From positions 1-25,281 of the forward strand of contig NIVC01005129.1 in the NCBI GenBank assembly GCA_002269645.1: a stretch of DNA of 25,281 nucleotides, given 5' to 3'. Position numbers and translations under genes: made by a program. Numbering within the stretch: the stretch's first letter is position 1; every line of letters begins with the position of its first letter. The DNA is from Macrostomum lignano (lineage: Eukaryota). A model generated the notes under the pieces. The model was not told the DNA's origin, did no database searches, and saw nothing but the letters and a program-made list of their open reading frames with translations. This document shows, in pieces, positions 10,094 through 18,982 of this stretch.

Positions 10094-11857
10094 TTAAGCT
10101 TTCTGCTGTACAAAATGAAAGCACAGGCTGGGCAGAAGTCTCAATTCGAATGACAAACCATTTCCACTGGCCGCTGTTGCGGAACCCACCTCTGACTGGC
10201 CTGGGGCAGCCGCCCCGGGCGGTGGCGGTAAACGCGATAGGGCTTGGACCCTTCGTCTGCGCTGCCGAATCTTGGTTAGAAGGTCGGTCAGCAGGTCGTG
10301 GAGCGCCGGCTGCATCTCGCCACTCTCCAGCAGGTCGCCAGCGTGCGCTTCAAAGAAATCCGCATTGACGGCGATGAAGCGCTCTACGCTGCCTCGAACT
10401 GCGTCCGGTGAGGCGAACACGCGGCTGGTCCGGCGGAGAACGGCAACTGCTGACACGACCGAGCGGAACCAGGCCCACAGGAGGCATGCCTGATGGTAGG
10501 AGCCATGATCGGGGCAGGCAGGCTGGTGCTGCTGCGGTTTCGCGGTGATTGCGCTGAAGCTACAGTTGGACGACGCGTCGAACGATTCGAGTCGATTCCA
10601 CAGTTCCGTGTTGTGCTGCAGTCTCGCGAAGAACTGTACAGGCTTGAGCTCTCGGACCAGGCGTTTCAGCGCCTCTTCCGTGCACAGAATTTGCCGACCC
10701 TCTGACGCCTGGTTGACTTCAGACGCGAGCAGCTTCTCAATATTATGTTGAGAGGCAGCGGTGTCGCTCAGCAAAGCTACGGTTTGTGCAACCAACCGCA
10801 TGCGCGGCATGCGTACTGTTGAGTACGAAGCGTAGGCGATGCTTCTCATGTCGCGTGCGCTCACATTGGCAACAGCCTGTTGTAACTGCTCGACGCCTCG
10901 GGCCAGAGTTTGATATCCTACGATGTCGGATAGTTCGGAGCTGCTCAGCTCTTTGTAAAATCCGTTCAGCAGATCGAGATCGATATCAGTAAAGTCGGCA
11001 GAGCCCGAATGCCTTAGACGCTTCGTTAGATGAATGATTGCTTGGGCGGAAGATACTGCAAATCTGAAGTGCACGAGTACCAATTCGAGTCCTCTCTGTT
11101 TGCTCGCGGTGGCTACCGGATTCCAAAATGTGTTGTCAGGCATATTGTGGTGCCTAATAAGACTCAGATGGGACTGAAAGGCGACTCGCTTAGAAAATCT
11201 GGCGTTGTGAATCAGCAAAACCTCGCTGAAGTTTAGCACAATCTGGTCGCATAAAAGCAGCATCAATGTGTCTAGCACGTGAGTTAGAAAGCTTTGAAAA
11301 CTGGAAACGCTGCCAGAACAAGATGGGCCCAAGAGGCACAAAATTCCCGCGACACATCGCAGATCCCGAGTCGCCTTTATCATCGCTTCAGATTTATTAA
11401 TCTCGTACAAATCTACGAGATCGGACAGATAAGCTTGCAGACTTGCTTCCAATGTGGTTAGACCTCCGTTTTCTACCGGCTGGAGGCGCAGTACCTGATT
11501 TTTAAAGAGATTAACCGCCACGTCCAGATAAATGCAGTCGCCTTCGTGGCAGCGCTCCGGCTGGTGAAGTCGCCGCAAGATCGAAACATCTGCGACACCG
11601 TCCTCTAGACGGGCTTTCGCTTCCGAGTACAACCTGCCAAGTAACTTCTGTCGGAGCTCATCAAACAGGCGATTCACTCGGAACAGACTGACCATGTCGG
11701 GAATCAGCTGACAGAGCGCTGGGTCTGAAAAATCTAATCGCCGAACCAGTCGATCGAGCAGCACAATGAGGTTTGTAAGGAGGCCAGGAATGTCAACAAG
11801 GTGCCTGCAGATTGATCTAGGCTCCCCTGTGAAATGCTGCACTACCGACTTCAGCAA
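10094..11857 (-). CDS. Orphan Leu-rich, probably alpha-helical protein, C-terminal part (587 aa)
   Basis: Long non-repetitive ORF with amphipathic helical patterning. Its frame is open upstream to about 12033 without ATG, overlapping the 227-aa ORF. No family recognised. Confidence 0.75.
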   Translation of the reverse strand: MLKSVVQHFTGEPRSICRHLVDIPGLLTNLIVLLDRLVRRLDFSDPALCQLIPDMVSLFRVNRLFDELRQKLLGRLYSEAKARLEDGVADVSILRRLHQPERCHEGDCIYLDVAVNLFKNQVLRLQPVENGGLTTLEASLQAYLSDLVDLYEINKSEAMIKATRDLRCVAGILCLLGPSCSGSVSSFQSFLTHVLDTLMLLLCDQIVLNFSEVLLIHNARFSKRVAFQSHLSLIRHHNMPDNTFWNPVATASKQRGLELVLVHFRFAVSSAQAIIHLTKRLRHSGSADFTDIDLDLLNGFYKELSSSELSDIVGYQTLARGVEQLQQAVANVSARDMRSIAYASYSTVRMPRMRLVAQTVALLSDTAASQHNIEKLLASEVNQASEGRQILCTEEALKRLVRELKPVQFFARLQHNTELWNRLESFDASSNCSFSAITAKPQQHQPACPDHGSYHQACLLWAWFRSVVSAVAVLRRTSRVFASPDAVRGSVERFIAVNADFFEAHAGDLLESGEMQPALHDLLTDLLTKIRQRRRRVQALSRLPPPPGAAAPGQSEVGSATAASGNGLSFELRLLPSLCFHFVQQKA

Positions 11858-12534
11858 AGTGAATGTCTGACTTGTGATTTCCTCTGCGCTGAGGTTGATA
11901 TGTATCCGTAAGCCGAGTATAATACAAACTGGAGAATCTCTAACGAGTAATACTTGTAGTTGAGCTGAAGTATAAGCTTTCCATTCTCCTTTAGCAGCTG
12001 GCTTTTGCTGTCCTGTGGCCAGGAGCGATGCTTATATAGTCGAATGAAGTCATGGAGCAGAAACGAATGGCACGGAATGAGCGAGGCTGAGTTTGATAGT
12101 CTCAAATGAACGTCGACGCCAACCGCAAACGACTGGGCCAGCAGCAGGCAGGCTGCTTCCACATTTGACGGCTGCCATCTCAGGCCCCAGTAGCCGAACG
12201 CAAACGGGCACAGACAGGGATCGTACCGGACAGTCTTCCAGTCAATTGGAGCGGCGAGGATGTGCACCCAACAGTTGACCACGGAGTTGTGCTGGGCTAG
12301 CTCTTTCAGAGCCTTGGCACGCCAGTCAGAAAAGTCGCGCACCTCGCCAATCAACCGACAGTGCTGACACTGCTCGGACCGGCAGAAAGCCTCGTTGAGC
12401 TGGTCGACGGCGCTAGTGTCACACTGGGCTGCCAGACGCTCCTGCGCAGCTAACCGCTCTTGACTATCGCTGGAGGCGTTCTTTCGTCCATTCAAGTGCA
12501 CTCCGAGAAAGTCTTGATAGTACAGATGCAGCAT
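11851..12534 (-). CDS. Orphan protein, N-terminal part (227 aa), probably the same gene as 10094-11857
   Basis: ATG-initiated non-repetitive ORF directly upstream of and overlapping the 587-aa ORF on the same strand; Cys cluster CRSEQCQHC; frame open 22 more codons upstream to 12600. Confidence 0.65.
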   Translation of the reverse strand: MLHLYYQDFLGVHLNGRKNASSDSQERLAAQERLAAQCDTSAVDQLNEAFCRSEQCQHCRLIGEVRDFSDWRAKALKELAQHNSVVNCWVHILAAPIDWKTVRYDPCLCPFAFGYWGLRWQPSNVEAACLLLAQSFAVGVDVHLRLSNSASLIPCHSFLLHDFIRLYKHRSWPQDSKSQLLKENGKLILQLNYKYYSLEILQFVLYSAYGYISTSAQRKSQVRHSLC

Positions 12535-14919
12535 TTCGTTCGGCAGACTATAGAGAGCACTGCTGTACCATGCTCTAAGGTGCGCGCTTACCGTGCGGAG
12601 CTACTCTCGCCCCTACTTGCATTTTGTCGAGGGTTTTAAACTCTCCCTGATGATATGGTTTTAAGGCGTCTATTGCCACGCCTAAGGGTTAAAGCACACG
12701 TTGCACAAGCACTCGTCTGTTCTCGTCCTAGATTGCAGAATTTCTTTTGTGACAGAGTTGCGGCTTCGCTTCACAGTGAGTCACACCAGACGCGAGGTTA
12801 AAATTCCTGAGCAGTTGAAAATTCTGTCTGATTTGGACACTGTCTGCTGCTGCGCAGCGTTTGTACCGTATTATTCTATCGGTGAGAACAACAGCACGCT
12901 TCGGGCAAGACTATATTCTTGAAGATTGTTGTACAAGCTTGTCCTCGGTTCTTACAATTGTCAGCTCTACTTTGCGAATGGAAAAGCTAGACGAGTGCGA
13001 CAGTTGATGAGTGGAAGAATAACTTGCCAGACGAAAGTTGGGGTGGTTCGTCGCTTTACATAGTCGTGCGGCTGCCAACCCCATGCAGTGCTAACCAATA
13101 GGCGCCGAGAGGCAGCACAGAGAGGGCGAAGCGCAAGGGTTCGCACAAATTGTCCGCGGGCTTGAGCTTGGCCCCTTACTTTTAATTGCCAACCCCCCTG
13201 AGCTTTAAACCTTACCTATAGATCGTGCGTGCGCAAATACAGACAGACAGAAGACACGGAAAGACGGCCAGAATAGAAGGCAGGGCCAGGAAGCCAAAAA
13301 TCTCAGACAACCAGGCCAAGTATGCAATGATTGTGCGCTCAGTGCTGAAACAGTGGGCAGAGCGAATCGCCTTAGAAATTGGATTAGAATTTTCTCTTTT
13401 ACTGGCCGCTCAGTTCGATAGCATGCGTGTGCACAAGAGCCCAACGCATAAGACTGCATCGAAACATTATGCTGCAATGCAAAAGAAGCGATTTCCGCTC
13501 TCGCGTTTCAACCTTCAAGCCGAACCCTGCGGTCTCGAGTCTACATGTACGTAAAACGCTAGCCGGTCCAGGACCAGGAAGCTCAGCCGAATTCCTCAGA
13601 ACAGCTTTGTATTTTTTCGCGAATTGCGACTGCTTCTGACTATTGAGGCGTTAACTTTAAAGAGAGAATTTGCATAAATGCAAGCAAAAGAATAAAAAAT
13701 ATTAACCCCAGCAGGCACTGAGTATTGGCCTTACGTTCGCATAAAACAAACTGTATCAGTGCACTTACATGCTTGACTATATACCTTGCTGCAGCTAAAC
13801 TGCGCACATGGAAATAGGGCAAACGAGAAACTCAATCGATTGCAATATACATGTACGAATAGAAGGCCGCTGGTTAAATGACTGCCGGGTGGAGTCAATA
13901 ATGCAGGGAGAGCAGTTGCTATGCGCAAAGCCTCTATAGTTCTACCAAGCGCGATTGTGCATTGCAATGCAGCAGTGAAACTTGAATCTTTCGAGTGAAA
14001 TCATTTTACTTGAGCAAGCGCATTAGTTACTCCTTATTTAGTAATTAATCGGGCAGCTTCAGATTGTTGTTTGTTGACCACCTGTCTACGCCCCTGAGTA
14101 CAGCATAGCGGACCAATGCAGATTAAATTGATTGCAGCTAAATGGTCACAGGGCAGCTGACAGTATGCACACTGCTTACAACAGCAGGCAACGGCGAAGA
14201 CGAAGCTGTGTCACCCTTTGGGATCGGTTTGGGATCAGTTCCTTTTTGCCGCTTCATGGACTAACAACGACCACTCGAAGTTACACCATTGCATCTGGAC
14301 GTGTCAGGATCGCTTTCAATGGACAGTTGAATATTTATTTCAAAAGCTTATTTCTAATAAAAACTCTTCGACAAGATATAGGAACCTTAATTGTCTGGTC
14401 TTCGCAAAAATTCATCTCTGAGATCAGCCCTTAGGAATGTTCAACCTCTGCTGCTTTGTTATAACCTCGGCATGCTTTTAGATGAAGAACTTGCGTAAGC
14501 ACTACTTAGAGTAGGAAAATGATCGTTGATTCTCTGTGCTACCGGTATCAACTCGCAAATTTCATTTCTACACGCAGTAGAAAATGAAGGATATTGTGCC
14601 GAGTCTCATAGGCATTCTCAAAACTGTTGCCTAGAATTTAATTGTTTTAAGACTGATGGTCTCTGAGAAATCTCAGATTTGTTAGAGTTGCTTGCGTTTA
14701 TCACAATTTTAATGAATACATGCGACTCGGTTTTCTTGCAGCTACAAATTGCATGTCTCTCAGCATGCGGCCACATGAAGAATAGATTGTCGCCGATAAT
14801 GAAAAATTGATCTGAAATTTAATCAGCCACGGTCACGCCATGGCAAACCCGAAATCGAAATGATTTCACTTCTGACGACCGACCTGATGAGACAAGAGTG
14901 AATCAGAATTCAGCAGCTT

Positions 14920-15258
14920 TTAGTTGCAGCTCGGTCTCACGTTGGCTGCGTTGACGTTGAGGGCCAGGACCAGGTGGCTTCTGTTGAAGGTCCAGAAGCT
15001 CCGCGGCATATAGTTGGAAGGCCAGTGACCACCGAAGTGCATGCGGTCGATGTGCGGATGAAATTTGAAGGCTTAGCAGGGCTGTACTGAGGCGCACAGA
15101 GTGGTACTAAATTCACTAGCTTGTAAAAGATATTCTGGCGGAATCGTTGAATATCTTGAAGGTCGACTGGAGGGGTGCTTGAGAAGGAACACAACAATAT
15201 AAGTTAGCTTGGCCCGTCTTTTCTTGAATTTCGTGTTTGCCTGAGTCGCTGCATGCAT
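14920..15258 (-). pseudogene. Possible decayed coding fragment of unknown family
   Basis: The 15258-15073 frame continues past one TAA for 50 more codons (AFKFHPHIDRMHFGGHWPSNYMPRSFWTFNRSHLVLALNVNAANVRPSCN); GC-rich island in AT-rich surroundings. No family recognised. Confidence 0.25.
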
Positions 15259-17210
15259 TCTGCTGGCTCAGCAATTCAGGAGAATCGTTTTACATGCTAC
15301 GTCATGCTACATGTATTGCCGGGGGGAATGACAGCGATATTTAGACACGAATGTCCATGGCAAAAGTCTAAATATAAGTGCGTAAGCATAAAGAGGTAGA
15401 GATAGTAGAAGTTCATGCTAATTGCCAAAGCGAGAAAGGTTTCAAGGTTTGAGACACTATAGCTCCATCGTTCTAAAATGATATTTTGGAACACTGAAAA
15501 TGACAGCAAGAATAACCTGCACCGGTCTTCAACGAGGCGGAGAACAGGAGAAAGATTGCGCCTGCCTACCGGAGTTCGGGTAAGAACTGCAGTGTTTGGC
15601 CTGTCTTAAAGCTATTCAAAAGGATATTTGAGAAATAAATGCAACGGGGACGGACTATCTGGTCTGCATGTCCAACGCACGTACATGTACATGTACATGC
15701 ACACCGTAGCTACAGCTGTAGCCGATCGCTAGGCCTTGAGCCTGCGAGGTTGAGAGTCTTCAAGTCTTGTAATCAAAGCTACTAGCTGACAGATGCAGTG
15801 CCAGATTAAATCCGGATTTTCGTTGGATTATTTTTAGTGCATACATCGAATGTACATGCATATATGTTAAGAGATATAACAGTAGCTAAAAGATTAATCA
15901 ATTACAAATTTTCTTGACAAGTCACGAATATCTAAATCTCTCTATATTGCTCTGTTTTTTTCTCAAGAAAATCTCAAAAACGATCAGAAGGACAGGATTA
16001 AATAATAAACGCCATGTAAAAAATGCATCACTTAGTGAATTTCTGCAGTGTAGTTCGACTTTATGCGAAAATTTAAGAGCACAATTTCAGTTACATCATT
16101 TCATTACAAAAAATTATGTACTATAATAGAAAATTTCACTTATTTTAGTTTTTTAAAGAAATTGTAAAATACAAAAGAGCCAAACGTTGTGTGGAATTAT
16201 ACTTTTGTCGTTATTTTTAGTTGAATAATAACAAAGTAAAGATCACAACTTTTTAAAAAATCTGTGCAACTCTATGTGAAGTCATTCAAAGAATCTTTAC
16301 TCTTTAGCTTTACTAAAATATGAATTTGAAAGCTTTTATTCGAAGTTTCGAACCACGGTTAATAATTTAGCTATTTTAAATTTGGGTGAAACCGTTCTCA
16401 CTTCACTGAGTCCAAGGAAAAATCCAAAGATAAAAATTTAAACTTATACGAAACGGAGATCGAAGGTAGAACTTAGTATACGGAAGTGACTTAACATTTT
16501 AATTAATTTAGCAATTAAGTGATACTAATTAACTTCGACTCTATTCTCTTCATCCCTGTCTTCCTAAAGGAATCTCAAGCTCACTCTTTAGTCTTTGCAC
16601 TACTGAATCTTGTAAGTCTATAAATAATCTATCGAAAAAAATGCTGGAGATCAAAAAAAGAATTTCAGAATAATGAATAGGCAGGTTTTTTGTTTGTTTA
16701 AACTTTCTGTGTTAAATAGGCCTAGTTTATTTGAAGTTATCATTAATTTGCAACCCCAAAAGTAACTGGTGTGATTGTTAAAGAAGCAAAGTTTTTTATT
16801 TTATCCTAAATTTATACTGCAATACTAAATAGGTATAGAAATGCAATAATTGTGTCAAAAGTATTCATTTGTCTGCTGGCACATTTTTATTGTAGTCAGC
16901 ACTTTCAGGATTTTATAATCATAGCCTATAGCATTTGACAAAGTACAAAAAATTAACTTTTTTCAATTTTGGCAGCATTAATTTTTACAATTTAAAATGA
17001 AATGTTACATCTAAATTTAACTGCTTGAATTGGAATTGCCATTTAATTTGAAATAAACAAAAATATTTTAGAATATTACTTGAATAATGAATTATCAATT
17101 TGTTATTATTTTTTATAAAATGCAGCTTTAGTACAAATTGAGTGAACAACCTTTTCAGCGAATTAAATAATCAGTGAATATTATAAACTAAAAAAAACAA
17201 CAAGATAAAA

Positions 17211-17508
17211 ATGCTTGCCGCGGCCACAAGTGTCCAGACTTCCCCATCTGGGAGCCAGCTGATCCAGCAAATGAACAACTTGCAGTTCACTAGCGATGGA
17301 GCCGACTGGCAGCCGGAGTCGCCGAAGGAGCAAAAGAGAAATTTAGCTGAAGAAAATCCCATAGCCATTATAGAAGCCTTGTACCAGCGATACATATCGC
17401 CAGATAATGAGCCAAAGGTCAAAAGCGTTGAGGCAATCGAAAAACAGCTATGGGATGTTGTCAATAGTGAAAAGAGCGAAGAACTGCAAGTGAAGGAGAA
17501 AAGAAATG
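17211..17508 (+). CDS. Exon A of a spliced gene with degenerate ankyrin-like repeats
   Basis: ORF MLAAATSVQ...LQVKEKRN ends at G|GTAAGG donor (GT 17509-10), phase 1. Confidence 0.7.
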
Positions 17509-17591
17509 GTAAGGAGACTGGCTGGGTGCATTTTCCAACTCTAACAAAGGAAAAAAGTACCTTTAGTGCTTAATTCATTCTTACACTATAG

Positions 17592-17727
17592 CTAAAAATT
17601 CGGAAATGGAAATAGAAAAAATTGCTTCCGAAAATACATTACAGTCTTCTGCAATGTTTTGTGCATATCTCCGGTCAAACATTACAGATCCGAGTCCTGG
17701 CCCCACCGCTTATGAGCAGCCTGCATT
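17592..17727 (+). CDS. Exon B of the same gene
   Basis: CACTATAG| acceptor (AG 17590-91) after an 83-nt intron; phase-1 reading is open (AKNSEMEIEKIASENTLQSSAMFCAYLRSNITDPSPGPTAYEQPA) and ends at |GTAAGT (17728), phase 2. Confidence 0.7.
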
Positions 17728-17750
17728 GTAAGTCAGATTTTTTTTCTTAC

Positions 17751-18053
17751 ACTCTTGATCAACTGCTGACTCTTGATCAACTGCTGACTCTTGATCAACT
17801 GCTGACTCTTGATCACCTGCTGACTCTTGACTAAACTGCTGACTCTTGATCAACTGCTGACTCTTGATCAACTGCTGACTCTTGATCAACTGCTGACTCT
17901 TGATCAACTGCTGACTCTTGATCAACTGCTGACTCTTGATCAACAGCTGACTCTTGATCAACAGCTGACTCTTGATCAACAGCTGACTCTTGATCAACTG
18001 CTGACTCTTGATCAACTGCTGACTCTTGACTAAACTTTTGATCTACTGCCGAC
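17751..18053. repeat. Intronic 18-bp minisatellite (ACTCTTGATCAACTGCTG)n
   Basis: About 16 units, each with the palindrome TTGATCAA, lying between donor 17728 and acceptor 18111. Confidence 0.97.
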
Positions 18054-18111
18054 ACCTTAGCCCACAACAATAAAACTTATTGCAATAATTCCCTCTCACA
18101 AATGAACGCAG

Positions 18112-18425
18112 GCAAATCTCTTTCCCTGAGATGGCTTTGAAACCAAACGGTGGAGACGCAGTGACGGCAGCCCACGTCAACCTATTGCGCAATGACAGCC
18201 TGTGCGACACATTCACGTGCAGTGGGCTGTTCCAGCCGAATTGCGACAACCAAACAGCCCTAATGATTCTGGCGAGCCGACAAGACCTCTCGGGTGTTGA
18301 ATATTGCTGTTTGTTTCTAAAAGATGGCGACGGCGACTCGCTATTCGGACCTCTAGTCGAGTCCGCTCTGCTACAATCCGAGCAGATATTTCGACACCTG
18401 TTAGAGAAGCTCTGTCGCAATGGAT
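18112..18425 (+). CDS. Exon C, degenerate ankyrin-like repeats
   Basis: TTCCCTCTCAC...CGCAG| acceptor (AG 18110-11) joins in phase 2 to the 18131 ORF frame. Motifs DAVTAAH, DNQTALMILAS and GPLVESAL...IFRHLLE are spaced about 30-31 aa. Ends at |GTGAGT (18426), phase 1. Confidence 0.7.
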
Positions 18426-18495
18426 GTGAGTAAAATATGTTGCTAAAACACAATTCTAAACTTTTTTTAAACTATTTTTTTAACTAAGAATTCAG

Positions 18496-18817
18496 CGCAT
18501 GCAAAAAAACAACAAAAACTGTGTATCAAAGCAGCCTTGTAGAGTTTCACAGTGGCTGTTTATTGTTTATGACAACATACAGAGCAATACTCAAGAGCAC
18601 TGTAGGTCAGCTCTCAAGACTCGGGTGCACTGTTGCGTTTATTTGCTGCTCAAAAAATACGGCTACGTCCCTATTCCGGCTCTCTAACCCTATCTTTTAC
18701 GCTGCTATTGTGTAGTCTTGTCGCCTTAAAAAACAAATCTTAAGAAAGAATGATGAGAATTTCTGTCTTCATAGTGCTGCTAGGCAGAAAGGCTCACGCT
18801 TTCGTTCGGGGCTTTAA
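18496..18817 (+). pseudogene. Probable exon D (ankyrin-like), disrupted by an A-run frameshift and one TAG
   Basis: TTCAG| acceptor (AG 18494-95). One extra A in the A7 run (18503-09) would link to the frame containing SNPIFYAAIV*...NDENFCLHSAARQKG, both ankyrin-like motifs; TAG at 18713. Confidence 0.4.
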
Positions 18818-18982
18818 CCGCTCTTATTATCTCGATCTCGCTGAGCATTATACGTTCAACTAATGATGCTAATTACTTGCAGTTGGCTTAGTCTGAAATA
18901 ACCTAGTTGAAAGTCTAGAGCCACAAGCAATTAAATTAGGGGACTGCGAAACACAAAGTTCAGAGCAATGACGAGTCAAGGA

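Noticed and set aside
10150-12278. Plus-strand ORFs of 61-73 aa
   Set aside because: Antisense shadows of the long GC-rich minus-strand gene.
13225-13554. 109-aa ORF with faint death-domain-like QWAERIALEIGL
   Set aside because: GTG start, one short motif only, no splice or codon-bias support.
15680-15722. (TACATG)3 and the palindrome GCTACAGCTGTAGC; also TTCATCCGGATGAA at 2047-2060
   Set aside because: Short, isolated, and without associated termini or gene context.
17622-18070. Four ORFs with LLTLDQ, KSQQLI and ESAVDQ repeats
   Set aside because: Translations of the 18-bp array, which lies within a well-supported GT-AG intron.
8361-18715. Stop-codon reassignment to explain in-frame TAA/TAG in otherwise protein-like frames
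   Set aside because: The stops sit in decayed elements or damaged exons and are mostly one C to T change from Gln codons; intact-looking frames here end at TAA, TAG and TGA normally.
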